Shown here: in pieces, positions 13,560 to 26,939 of the stretch | Position numbering within the stretch: position 1 is the stretch's first letter | Layout of the letters: each line of letters opens with the position of its first letter | NCBI RefSeq assembly: GCF_006345805.1 | Contig: NC_043002.1 | Span: 2,046,001-2,110,000, forward strand | Direction: 5' to 3' | DNA length: 64,000 nt | DNA from: Octopus sinensis | Taxonomy: Eukaryota | The notes under the pieces: generated by a model | What the model saw: the letters and a program-made list of their open reading frames with translations, nothing else | The model's database searches: none | What the model was told of the DNA's origin: nothing | Made by a program: the position numbers and the translations under genes

Positions 13560-15085
13560 ACGTTAACTCGTTTCCGTGTAATATACCTGTAGCTGTTGAT
13601 TGAGCCTATTCATCTTGATGGATGCGAAAGGAACTGATACCTGAGGTGGCTCTACAGACCAAAGGTGGTGTAGAAGATCCAGGAGCATCTATCGCGGGGG
13701 AGAATTGGTTGGAGACGAGGAAGTACGAGTTACTCTTAGTTTGTCTTCGACGTCTCATCTGTGCCTCTTCATGTCTGTTATTATTTTCCACCAGGTTAAG
13801 GCGGTAAGCTGACAGAATCGTTAGCACGCTGGGCGAAATTCTTAGCGATACTTTGTCTGTCTTTACGTTCTGAGTTCAAATTCCGCTGAGGTCGGCATTA
13901 CCTTTCATCCTTTCGGTGTCTAAAAATTAAGTACCAGTTGCGTACTGGGGTCGATCTAATCGATTGGCCCCCACCTCCCTGAAATTCCGGGCCTTGTGCC
14001 TAGAATAGAAAAGAGTTATTTTCCACCAGGTCTTTTCCCTAGACATACCGCCCCGTAGGGCGCTCCTTGGCGGTTATCTCCCAGACATTTGGAGCAGCGG
14101 ACGCAAGTGAACTTGAACTGGTCTCGGGATGGAATTTTGGGGATCTCCATGGTCTGGTGCCTAAATCCAACGTGGCAAAGACGAGTTGACGGGACGGCAC
14201 GTTTGAGGCATACGTATGGTGTGTCCGGACAAGCAGGGGACGATGTCGAACCACAGTGGCCTCAATGTTGGGCAGTCCAGCATCGAACAGAACCTCTTTA
14301 TTGATGATATAGACTTTCCATCGAATCCTCTTAATTGCATGAAGTCTGTACTGTTGGAAACGTTTCATTTTCTTCAAGTCTCGCAGATACAATATCGACA
14401 TCTCACAGCCGTAGAGGAGAGCGAAAAGGACGACGGCTCGGAATAGCATGACTTTTGTTTGGAGCGTGAGGTCGTGGTTTAGTAAGAGACTTTCATTTTG
14501 AGGGTATTTTGAGCAGTATGGGCTGCACTGATCCTATTCTCGATATTGTTCCGAATGGTGCAATCGCTGGACATGTAGCTCCCGAGGTATAGGAAAGCTT
14601 CCACGGTTTCCAGGACAGTCCCCTGTACCGTTATGCCACTGGTGTTAGGGGGAGATTGTCCGGTGGATCTCTGTGCAAGGATCGTCGTCTTCATTACGTT
14701 TTTGTGATCAGATTAAAGCAAGTATACAAATTTTCGAATTAGTTCACAAACTCGTAAAAACCGGAAACTGAGTGCGCCGGAGTGGCATTGTCGTCAGCGT
14801 CCTGCAGCTGATGTTCTTTGGCCAAATTGGTAAGTTGACGGGCTCTGAGATGGGTTGTGTTGAAAAGTCTTCCGTCCATTTTGTAGCGGATGTCTACACC
14901 AGGAGCTTGGCCGGGGATCTCGTTGAACACTTCATTGAAGGAGAGGGAGACGTATCTTTGCTGCGAACCAGTCATAATTGGAAATGAAACGGGGAGAGCT
15001 TTCTTGGCGATGACTCGGCCAGACATTCTGTCATGTAGGGCCTGAAAGCCTTTTAGTGGCTCAGTTGCACATCTTAGACATTGAA
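13560..15085 (-). mobile_element. Decayed RTE (BovB-like) LINE, RT domain to 3' end, interrupted by a SINE
   Basis: GVDIRYKMDGRLFN...QLQDADD (YADD relic); VQGTVLETVEAFLYLGSYMSSDCTI; LLYGCE...RFQQYRLHAI...EVLFDAGLPNIEA; C-terminus EEAQMRRRRQTK continues across the SINE insertion. Confidence 0.9.
13797..14015 (+). mobile_element. SINE family B, complete, with 16-bp TSD
   Basis: A box-like TGACAGAATCG, B box GAGTTCAAATTCC; TTATTTTCCACCAGGT at 13781-13796 and 14016-14031. Confidence 0.95.
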
Positions 15086-16397
15086 TACAATGGAACCAAC
15101 ATAAGTGAATGAGAAAACAGTGTTTAATGCTTTTCCATCAACACTAATGACTAAGGACTATAACGTAACCATTCAAATGACAACCTCCACATCGCTGTTT
15201 TCTCTCTTTATACGTTTGTAATTATAACAATTTGATATGGGAATTACAGGCAAAATATATTTAAGAACTTGTTCAATATCTTTAAATAATTCAAATATGT
15301 ATCCAACTAGCATAGATTAACAATTAAATCGCGTTAATTACTGAAATAATCTTCGTATCATCGCTACCCGTTGTGTATTCGTTGCAACACGCTAGAAATA
15401 TATCAGCATTTTAAATAAGCCTAACCATACGTTTCAATATCAAGTATTATTCTGTAGCAACCAGAGAAAAATCTGATAGTTAGCTTCACCTCCGCGAAGG
15501 AATGTTCTTGTCTGTCAGCAGTGATGAGCTTCAATAAAGCTCTAAATGCCCTTTTTGGTTGTTTGGATTTAAACGAAGGGGACAAACTGGAAGTTTACTA
15601 CGCACGTCGAGTCGTAACTAATCTTGATGGGTTCCTTCGTTGTTACTTCATCGGAGGATCCCCCCTTTAGCCTAACTCTTACCACCATTGGAAAACAATC
15701 CACTTAAACGAAACCAAATTTATTTTCAACGATAAACATAGGCCCTCTTTATTTGCATCTTACATCAATTGTACCACCATAGCACATACACAGATGCGCG
15801 CGCATGCACAGCTTTGTGAGACTCACGCACGCACACGCATTCCCATGAACACACATACGTTGGTGGCGGTGGCGGTGGGCGCGTGTCTCTATGTTTATAT
15901 GTAAGTCATCTAATTCACCATGAATGGTCGGAGTTTATTTTGATAATAGTTTTATAGGAAATTTTATGTGGTTTTCCATCCTATCACATCTCTTCCTCGC
16001 CATACTTGGCAGGCCGCCTATTGGCATCGCTGCTCAAGTACACCAGTTCCAGTCATCAAAATGAAAAACACATTCTATTAAAGCGAAAGAGAGGGAAAAA
16101 TTGCTGCAGGCGAAACGAAACAAACTATTTTCATAAACAAGCTTTATAATGAATACATTTAACTTCATACAACATTTCCTCAAAGTGGAGATACCTTGGG
16201 GCAGATATTCGGAATTACTCTGTTAAATAAGCTTTCAGAAAGAAATTCACCGAAAAAAGGTAAGGCGAAAGAAATAGCAATAAAAACAGCTTGTTTTGGA
16301 AGACAAATTAGTTTTAATGCAGTTTCGCTGAAATAAAGCTATTTAGGTAATAACTAGTGACACAGAATATCTCTCTCCCCCCTCTCTCTCTCTCTCT

Positions 16398-16432
<35 letters not shown>

Positions 16433-16553
16433 TATATTATATTATATTATATTATATTATATTATATACTATATTATATACATAATATATAATGATATAT
16501 TTATCATATTATATATGTGTATATGTATATGAATTTCATATATTATATTGTAT

Positions 16554-16584
<31 letters not shown>

Positions 16585-17390
16585 TATTGGACGTTGGGTG
16601 GGGCATTATGCCGGTAATAATAAACACACGCACTGGTTCAGTCATTTATTGTAATTGTTATTTAATGGGTTAGTTACACCACTAACAAATTCAGCGACCA
16701 GCCGTTTTCTTTTACTAGTTTTTCTAACTTGTATGTTAAACACTTTAGTTAAACAGTTAATCTCGCAAGCAAAATAAAAATACACATACGAACTAAATAT
16801 ATATATATATATAACAAATTTGTCATGTGATTAACGAAATCTTTTTAAAATTACATAATTTAAATACAATTTGCTTTCAGAAAACGTAAACTCTACATTT
16901 CAAGATAAACTCTCGTTGCTTGTTGTTCTTGTTGATGTGGTTGCTTGTCCTCGCCTCAACAATCTCTACTTTAGCAGATCTTTTATAGAAGGCGTCCCGG
17001 TCCAGCGATTATGTGGAGGCTCCACGCTTGTAATTTACACAGATTGATTCAATATCATTTTGATCAAATTAGGATATTTCATTTATGAGAAGCTGTGATA
17101 TTAGAAGTAAGAAAATGATACACCATTATGAATACGGTTTTCCGGTCAAAAGTTGATGTTTTTATAAACCAACATTATTACAAATAGCTCCAATCCTCTA
17201 ATAACAAACGATATACAGAAAGCTGCATCTACATATAGAACACTGCCTTTTCAATTAGGGTTTTTATATACACACTCTCATGCGCATATATATACATGCA
17301 TACATATACAAAAATATATACTATAAATACAAGCGCCACGGGCATACACCAAAACGTTTATGCATACACACACACACACACACATACACA

Positions 17391-17456
<66 letters not shown>

Positions 17457-17622
17457 ACAACTCATGATATGTTTCTTCACCACATTCTATTCATTTGTAC
17501 TTTTAGCTGTTAACATCTTGAAGAAATTTAGGTCATAAACTAAGATACCTTTCCTTGTATTTTTTTTTTTTTTAGATTTTTCGAAATGCATTCCTAACAA
17601 ATCCCGGTCCGCACCTTATTTT

Positions 17623-17687
<65 letters not shown>

Positions 17688-18884
17688 TATAATTATTTTA
17701 TATTATATTTTATATAATATTGTTATCTGTTAAAGCGTTTGCACATAACTGGGTTTCTACTAGATATCTGCATTCATACATCTTCACGTTTCTGTATTCA
17801 GAATATTTTTCATTTTTTGTTTTCTTATTTTCGTATACATTTTCCGAATTTAATTTTCTTATTTCTATATCTTAAGGCCATATTGGTAATGTCCCTCTCT
17901 ATTACATCTTCAAACGATAATTCATTCTCTCCCATCTTTCGCACCAGTAATTTATACAAGCGGACATATCTCTCAACTTCATTTCATTCAGAGATTCCTT
18001 CTACTTTATCTCGACTCTATTTTTGTATTTTAATTTTGTGACGTATATTTGTGTATAATTACTCTTTCTTATTCCACCCCACCACCAGCTATAACATGAT
18101 AAATTTCATTTTGCTCCTTCAGTTTTTTTATCAATGCTTATTATAATCTATTCTACAGTAGTCTACAATATATTTAATCAATGCAACAATAACACTATGC
18201 CATTTAAAACGGTTATTTTTGTTCCTCATCAAATGAACTAATAATATTACTACGCCATTAATTTCACATCCACCAAATGCTCTTACCTCTATATTAATCT
18301 ACGCATTTTACTTGCTCTTTCTTTACTTACTCAAACATTCAAGTCTTGACATGGATCATACTTTCATAAATACAAAAACGCTTCCACGTAAATTACTTTT
18401 ATCAATTTCAAAAAAAAAAGCTTCCTTAAATTTCAGTAAATAGCTGACTGACATATTTTTTTAATATATATATAAATTTTATTTTTAACTGTTCTGTTTT
18501 CTAATTCTACACTCGTTCATCTATTTTAAGTCTGTATGTAACTTCTATGTTGTTCGCTTTCATCTCTTGATACAATTAGACGGTTCTTCGAGTTTCTACT
18601 TTAACCTCACGCGCTTTCAGACTTTACCATCATAACTTTATTTATTTTCTTACACCACTGATTTCCATATTTTCGTTCTTCTCAACATATATTCACATAA
18701 CAATCGGTTTTTTTCCCCTGGAAGTGCTGGAGAACTTGCGACTGATAAAAATTGTTAAGAAATATATAAAGAAACAAACATCAAATACATTCAAAATGTT
18801 CGAATTCTTTAATTACTTTAACTTTTTCACCCATCAACACGTATATCATATATCCTAACACATACACATATGTAAGTATATATA

Positions 18885-18920
<36 letters not shown>

Positions 18921-18964
18921 TGTATGTATATATACTTATATGCATAGCATACATATATACATGT

Positions 18965-19428
18965 ATAAACCCGTCAAAGGGCGGAGGAACTCTTGAGAGT
19001 CAACGACCATCCAATAAATGTCTTAGGGCTGTATCATATGCGGGGACATAGAAATAAGCGGACTCAATACCCGATCGCGCGGTTAAACCATTGGGAGTGA
19101 AGGACTTCCAGCCTTTGTTAGGGCATTCTTCTAGGAGAAGGTAACTCAGGTAACTGGGATAACCCCGACATAAAACCTGCGGCTTAGTGGTTACCGATGA
19201 TGTTGACTTGTTCTTCTTTTCGGATTATGGCTGCTGTTGCTTAGTGGGTGGGATTGACTCCGTGCACAGCCTTTCCTCACTTTTAAAAAAAATCTTCTGG
19301 CACAGGCATTGCACGATAACAACATTGATTAAGCTTCGTGCAATGGCCATACTCGATAACGAGGGGGCAGCCACCATGTATGTATGTATGTATGTATGTA
19401 TGTATGTATGTATGCATGCATGCATGTA
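18965..19428 (+). mobile_element. Unclassified GC-richer ~410-bp element followed by (ATGT)n
   Basis: Bounded by (TATG)n tracts; contains CTAGGAGAAGGTAACTC, similar to a motif I recall from RTE 5' UTRs; single copy here. Confidence 0.3.
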
Positions 19429-19509
19429 TTACACTGGCGGTGTTCCAGCATTGCCGCAGCCTCATGGCTGAAACATATAAGATAAAGGAATATATATATA
19501 TATATCTGT

Positions 19510-20580
19510 ATATACGCTTGTCTGTATATTCTGTATAAAGGAGGTGACAAAGAAGCATATTCGACATATTTTGCGTTATGATTTCAATAAAGGCAACAAT
19601 TTGTGCAGTATTTTGGTATCGGACATTCTGGGCCCGAAACTATAGCCTACAAGACGTGCCTCGTCCTGAAAGTTCTGTCAAGCTCAGCAAGGACGTCTTT
19701 CAGACCCTTTTGGAACAAAATCTCATCGTAACTGTTGAGGAACTAGCAGAGAAGCTTGGATTTGGTCATTTAACCATTCATCGACTGATGCGTCCCATAG
19801 GAAAAGTCAGAAAATTAGGTCAATGGGTTCCTCATAAACTTTCTGAGTCTAATCGCGCGCAGAGAGTGAATGTGTGCTCTATTTTAATGTCACGTCTCAC
19901 GAATGAATCCTTTTGAACCGAATAGGGATAGATAACGAGAAATGGGTTCTCTATAAAAATGTCAAGCACCGAAGACAGTGGGAAGGGAAAGGAGAAACAC
20001 CAGCACCCCAGGCAACAGATGGACTTCACCCACGTAAGGTGTTGTAATCTGTTTGGTGGGATATGAAAGGTTTTGTCCAATTTGAACTTTTTAACTCAAA
20101 CCAAAGGACAACAAAGGAGATCTACTGCGAGCAACTTGAGCGGCTTAAGTCAGCACTAAAGAAAAACGACCATCTTTGGTTTCAAGACGAAAGGTGTTCT
20201 TCCGTCAGGATAATTCTCGGCCACATACAACAAAGATGACATTCCAAAGGCTGAAGCAGTTTGAATGAGAAACGATGCCCCACCCACCATATTCGCCTGA
20301 CGTTGCCGCATCTGATTATCATTTATTCTGCAGTCTCCAAAATCATTTGGACGGGGAAAATATGAATTCTGTAGACGATGTCAGAACAGTACTGGAGGAG
20401 TCATTTTTCGTCACGGACAAGTGTATTTTGGAAAAGGGGCCTTGCAAGTCTACTAGCTAGATGGAAGAGCATTGTAGAAAATGAAGGGGAGTATGTTTCA
20501 GATTAAAAAGGAATTTCTTTATCTTAATTTTGAAAAATAAAAAGAAGTATAAAAACCGCATTACTTATGGGATGACCCAA
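19510..20580 (+). mobile_element. Decayed mariner (DD34D) transposon
   Basis: WVPHKL, DNEKWVLY, QDNSRPHT, HPPYSPDVAASDYHLF; right TIR ...CCGCATTACTTATGGGATGACCCAA followed by TA; left TIR not seen; stops and deletion. Confidence 0.95.
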
Positions 20581-20830
20581 TAGACATGTAGAGAGGGTCC
20601 CCAAAAAGGTTCATTCGTGAGACGTGACAGCAAAGAAGAGCATATATTCATTCTATGCGTGCGATTACACGCGGAAAGTTTATAAGCAATCCATTGACCC
20701 AACTGTTGATGGTGGAAGAATTAAGGAATGTATTGCGGAGAAATAATGAGAAGAAATTATTATTATTTTTGATGTTGTTGTTGTTGTTGTTGTTATCATT
20801 ATTATTGTTATTATTATTATTATTATTATT

Positions 20831-23800
20831 CAGTAGTTTTATTTTTTATAGCGTGCTTTCACTTCACTACCGAGCGCAGCTCTGTGTGCCTTGGGTATGT
20901 GCTGTGATTTGTTGTGATGCTCTGATGGTTATTGTATGGAAAGTGTTCTGCGTAGGATGTGTGCAATGCCATGTAGTCCTGGTGTTTTTGTTATGTATTT
21001 GTCTGAATATTTTTTTATCATGCGTAATGCACCTACTATGATAGGAATTGTTTCTGTTTTTAGATTCCACATTCTGGTTACCTCCATTTCCTGGTCTTTG
21101 TATTTTGAGAGTTTCTCCATTTCTTTTAGAGACACGTTGTTATCTTCCGGTATTGATACATCAATTAGAAAGCATTTTTTTTTCTTCATGATCTCTGACA
21201 ACTATATCTGGTCTGTTGGCCTTAATTTCTCTATCTGTGTGTATCGGCATATCCCAAAGTATGGTTGCTTTTTCGTTTTCTGTGACCTTTTCTGGTGTGT
21301 GCCTAACAACATCTTTTTTCTGTTGTTATTCCATAATGTTGGCATAGCCTCCAGTGTATGTAGGTTCCAACTCTGTCATGTCTGTGAATATATTCCTTCT
21401 TAGCCAGGACTGGGCAGCTAGAGATAATATGATTTATTGTTTCTTGTCCATCTCCACATATTCTGCAGTTACTTGTTATATTTCTTTTCATTACATGTTT
21501 TTGGCAATTTCTGGTGGGGAGGCTTTGGTCTTGTGCTGCAATTAAAAATCCCTCTGTCTCTGCTTTGAGTCCTGAGCTTCTCAACCATTGCTGGGATTTT
21601 TCTTTGTCTATTTCTTTTGCATTTAGTTTAGTCCAGTATTTACCGTGAAGGGGTTTTTCTTGCCATCGTTTTATCATAGTTCTTTGCTGTTCTAGTTTTA
21701 GTTTGGATTTCATTTGTTTTATAGCTTTTGTTGTTTCTTCATCTTCTTCTTCTTCTTCTTCTTCTTCTTCTTCTTCTTCTTCTTCTTCATGTTTATTAGG
21801 TGGTATGATTTCTTGTTTGTATTTGTCAGCTTCCTTAAATACTGAGAACAGTTTTTTGTTTTGCTCGTGTTTTGCCGCTATTTGTATCAGTTGTCCTTCC
21901 TTCTGAAGTAGATATTTTTGCAGTCCTATGGTGGTTATTTTATAGTAGTTTTCCAGCTGTATAAGGCCTCTACCACCTTCTATACGTTGTATATATAGTC
22001 TTTCTATGTCAGATTTTGGGTGATGCATCCTAGACCCTGTCATTATTTTTCTTGTTTTCCTATCCATTTTGGTCAGTTCATTTAGTGTCCAGTTAAGGAT
22101 ATTGTAGCTGTAACTTATAACTGGGACAGCTAAAGTGTTAATAACTATTATCTTGTTTTTAGCATTGGGCTCTGTTTTTAGTATTGATCTAACTCGTCTA
22201 TAATATTCTTTTTTTATTTTCTCTTTCATTTGTGTGTGTTGTGTCTTATCTAGTTCATGGATTCCTAAGTATTTGTAAGTTTGGCTTTGGTCCAATTCTT
22301 TTATTTCATTGGTTTTATCTAGTGTGATGTTGCTACTCTTAACTAGTTTTCCTCTTTTCATGGTTACTTTGGCGCATTTTTCTAATCCAAATTTCATATC
22401 TATTTCTTTGGTAAATCCATGAACTGTCTTTAATAGTGTTTCCAGCTGTTTGTCATTTGCAGCGTATAGTTTTAGGTCATCCATATATAAAAGGTGGCTG
22501 ATCGTTTTGCCGTAACATTTATATCCGCTTCCAGTTCTATTTAGCATATCAGATAGAGGTGACAGTGCCAAGGAGAAAAGGAGTGGAGAGAGCGTGTCTC
22601 CCTGGAATATTCCTCTTCTAATGGGGATGGCTTTGGTTTTCATGAGTCCCTCTTTTGTTTGGAGCTGTAGCACTGTTTGCCATTTATTCATAGAGTGCCC
22701 AATGAATTTTATAATTGTTGGTGCTACTTTGTTAATGGCTAGTGTTTCGAGGATCCATATGTGGGGGATTCTATCAAACGCATTTTCGTAGTCGATCCAG
22801 GCCATACTGAGGCCTTTCTTCTTTCTGTGGCTGTCTTCAGTTATGGCTGTATTGATCATTAGTTGATCTTTACAGCCGTATGAGCCTTTGCGGCATCCTT
22901 TCTGCTCTTCTGGAAACAGGTTGTTTTCGTCCAGGTGCTTGTTCAACCTTTGCGATATCACTGCAGTAAAAGTCTTGTACATTGTAGGAAGACAGGTTAT
23001 TGGTCTGTAGTTTTCTGGTTTTGCTGTCTCATTTGATTTGGGAATTAAGATGGTTTTCCCCTTCGTGAGCCATTCAGGCATTGTCTCTGGCTCTGCTAGT
23101 ATGTTGTTACAATTTTCAGCCAGTTTTTTGTGCATTCCTGTTAGATATTTCAACCAGAAGTTGGGGATCTTGTCATGCCCAGGTGCCTTCCAGTTGCATA
23201 GTCTTTGCAGTGCCTGGGTGACCTCTTCAGTTGTTATGGGGGTCCAAAGTTGCTCAGACGCTGAGTTTGTTATTTTAAAATTCTTCTTTTTTGGTTGTTC
23301 GTTCGCCGACCATATTTCCAGAATTGTTCCACTTCTGCCGTTGGTGCTGCAGTGATTTCTATTTTATTTTTGCCAAGTTCTTGGTAGAACGTTTTGGGGT
23401 TGGAGTTGAACTTTTTGTTTTGTTCAAAGAAGCGCTGGCGTTTCTCGTACCGGCGGATCCTTTGTGCTTTGGCAAGGATATCTTGCTTTAGCTTTTCTTT
23501 TATCTCAGGTAAATATTTTTGTGTGATGTTGTGTTTGCGGAATATTTTTGTTTTCTTTTTGTTGCTCAGTAGCGTTGATTGTCTACTGATTTCATTGAGA
23601 ATCGACAGATTTTTTTTACTTTTTGTATTTTGTTTTGGATGTTATTTATCCACAGGGTTTGTATGGGTGGTGGTACTTCTGTTTGGACGGGTTTGAGTGA
23701 GTATCCAGCTTCTTTTGTGGCTGCAGTGGCTGCTGCGTATACTAAGTCATTTAGCTCAGTGATATCGCTTTTTGTTTCAGTGGCTATTAGTTCCGTGACG

Positions 23801-24431
23801 GCTAGGTTAATGCTGTTTATAATTGGTGTTGTTGTTTCGTCTATTTTGATTTTTGGGAGGTATGGTCGGTGGTCCATTTTGAGCTCTGTGGTTTTCAGTT
23901 CTTTGATTATTCTACTTTTTATATTATCATAATCATTAGGCTCCTCTTCATTGTTTCCAAGTTTTAGATTTGTGCCGTTTTCTTTCTTATTTGTATGTTT
24001 GTTTCTCGTGTAACATTTGTCTTCGTGTTTTACTGTTTCAGTGTTTATATTATTGGGCATTGTTGTCTGGCTTCTATCTACATTTTCCTGATGTATTTTT
24101 TCTTTTAGATGTTCTATTTCTATTTCTGATATTTTTTTTGCGTTGAGAATATATCTCCGTATATTTGCTAGTTTGTTAGGGTTCGTTGCTGTATCCAAGT
24201 CTATATTTATGTTGTTTTCCTTCCATATTTTATATGTATGTGTTTTTGTGTTTTCATTCTTTGGGTAGAGCACTGCTGTAAAATAAGTATGTAGGATAGA
24301 AATGTATTCCTCACGTGTCCATTTATGTCTTTTGGGTTTTATTTGCGGGACATGAGGGACAACGTCCGGCCTTTATTTTGACGGTCGTCATTTTCGTAGG
24401 GTACCGGTCCGTTCATTTCTGTTGTCACATT
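20831..24431 (-). mobile_element. R4/Dong-clade RLE non-LTR retrotransposon, subfamily A, slightly 5'-truncated
   Basis: RT (NYRPITCL, QKGC, FQGDTLSPLLF, YMDDLKL, YKYLG), CCHC knuckle (CRICGDGQETINHIISSC), RHD and PD..D..K..KY nuclease; flanked by (TAA)n on both sides; frameshifts. Confidence 0.95.
21303..23153 (-). pseudogene. Longest intact piece of Dong-A ORF: RT, thumb, poly-Glu linker, CCHC knuckle (616 aa)
   Basis: ORF track; motifs as above. Confidence 0.9.
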
Positions 24432-24443
24432 GTTTTTATCATT

Positions 24444-24502
<59 letters not shown>

Positions 24503-25484
24503 CTTTTTTTTCTTCTTTCAAATTTGCTTCCATTTCTTGCCGAGTGTCTTCCAGACTACTAGAGCAGAGAAACTCATAGTATACATTGGTAGGCCATTAA
24601 ACTAAACTCAATAGTTCGTTCATTTTTTTTTTAAAGTTAAATTAAAATACATGGGTGGTAATAGTTCTCACATCGACAATGCTCTTCTCAATACGTGTGA
24701 TGTACCAGTTAAGACAATCTTTTGCACTTCTTGCAGGGATGGTAAGCCAGGGATCATTCTCATATAATTTTCGGTTCCCTTCTTGATCATTCCTAGTGCT
24801 CCTACGATCACTGGTATTGTAACCGCCTTGAGATGCCACATTTTCTCAATTTCAATGGGCAGGTCTTTATATTTTCTGAGCTTGTCAAACTCTTTCGTCG
24901 AGATATTATGATCACAGGGGATGCTCATGTCGATCAATAAGCAAACTTTATTGTTTTGATCTTTCACAACAATATCTGGTTGATTGGCTTTGATGGTTCG
25001 GTCTGTATGTACTGGAAAGTCCCACAGAATCGTTACATTTTCTCCTTCAGTTACAGCTTCAGGGTGGTGATTATACCACTTGTCGGCAGATTTGATATTG
25101 TAATGCCGACTTATTAGCCAGTGTAGATATTGGCCAACTCTGTCATGTCTTAATTTATACTCCACTGGAGCTAAGACTTTACATCCAGAGATTTGGTGGT
25201 CCACTGTTTCAATCATGTCGTTGCAGAATCGGCATTTTGGGTCTGCTCCATTTTTCATCACATTGGCCTGGTTGTTCCGGGTTAATAAGCTTTGATCTTG
25301 AGCAGCCAGGATGAAACCTTCGCTTTCTGCTTTTAGCCCTGAGCTCCGTAGCCACTGATGGGTTTGCTTCTGGTCAATATCAGCTTGTTTGCTGCGGGCC
25401 ACATATTTGCCGTGCAGAGGTTTCTCCTCCCACCTATCAGCCAATTGCTCGTGCTCTTTTTTCGTTGCCATTATTTTCACCTTA

Positions 25485-25485
<1 letters not shown>
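24503..25485 (-). mobile_element. R4/Dong-clade element, subfamily B, 5'-truncated; nuclease region intact (270-aa frame)
   Basis: KPLHGKY, LKAESEGFILAAQDQ, CRFCNDMIETVDHQISGC, RHDRV, NQPDIVV..LIDMSIP..K..KYKDL; different 3' UTR from A; (TAA)n on both sides. Confidence 0.95.
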
Positions 25486-25549
<64 letters not shown>

Positions 25550-25939
25550 AAGAAGAAGAAGAAGAACAACAACAACAACAACACCAATCAGTATGTTTTA
25601 TGTCTGCACAGACATGCATGCATAAACCTGCAAACTGTTGTTGATGTTGACGTACGATGAAAGAGTCCGCTTTTGTATTTGCTTTGCAGGATTGTCGATG
25701 TTAACCCAGCACCAGGCTCTCATTGTTATGGCTGCTTTTCCGTGAGAATCGCCAGTTTTCCTGACGAGAGAAGGAAGGGGACAATACTCAGACAACAAAA
25801 AGAAAACCATCACAGATGCTGCGCATGAAAATCCGATGCTTAACAATAATTAAAAAAAAACAACATATATATATATGCGTGTGCGTGTATGTCTGTGTGT
25901 GTGTACGTATGTGTATTAGCAACACACATACATTATATC

Positions 25940-25973
<34 letters not shown>

Positions 25974-26696
25974 TGGATGTATATGTATAATGCATATGTA
26001 TGTATAAGAATTGGTTATTATTCACAGCATTTAAAGTATTGTTAATCCGGTCGTTTCACGCAGTCATAGACGCCAGGCTGTATAGGAGAGAATGATTTTC
26101 TAGTTGTTGATCTAATGAGTGAGTTCTTGTATAATACACCAGTTATTTTATTGTATTGGTTATCGATAAAATATAACGATTATTGAAAAAAAAATCAGTT
26201 TCAACAAACCACATATTGGCTCATTTCACAAGAATATCATAAAATGTGGTGAAAAAATATGAAGTCTTCATTGGAAGCGGTCTGAATTGTTTTGCGATTT
26301 ATATTATGGCGAATTGTCTGTTACCGCTGGCCAAAGAGAAAGAAAATATTCAGGGAATATATGGTGCTGTATTTCTCTGATAATGAGCAACTTATACGTA
26401 AAGGTTCTAATTTTATTGGCTGAAACTCTCAGAGAACGTGAATGTGAGAGAGGAATAAAGTCTGGGAGAGTTGCTCTTTTTGCAATGCATTAATTTGTAT
26501 ATTTCAGTAATGTTGTCAGAGGAAATCATTAAGGATTGTTTTTTCTTTGTTTTTTGACAGGATGAAAAATATAAAGGTTATCATTGAAACCACTTGGTCA
26601 GACCCTAAATATATGTATTCATTCGTAATATTCCTTCTGTATGGATATCTCGAACAGTAAAATAGCATTTAAATATGTATTCCAACCCTAAGCATT

Positions 26697-26741
<45 letters not shown>

Positions 26742-26939
26742 TGTGCAAGGTATGACTCTAAACTACTTCCAGCTGTGGGCCCTGGTACTAGGATTCCAGA
26801 GTGTTGAGGACTGTGAAACTACCCCTTTAGCCCCTATTACTCGTAGGTCTACTCTAACCCAGACGAGCAGCAACTGTTAGGACCCACGCTTTGGATTAAC
26901 TACCATGTGAACCAGTTGGCTTTTGGTTGTCTCCACTTT

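Noticed and set aside
17700-18780. Strand-biased stretch suggestive of an old L1/Tx1 LINE on the minus strand
   Set aside because: No diagnostic endonuclease or RT motif could be read; left unannotated
20936-24605. Plus-strand ORFs of 65-155 aa inside the Dong copies (also 57729-60717)
   Set aside because: Antisense shadows of the minus-strand retrotransposon ORF
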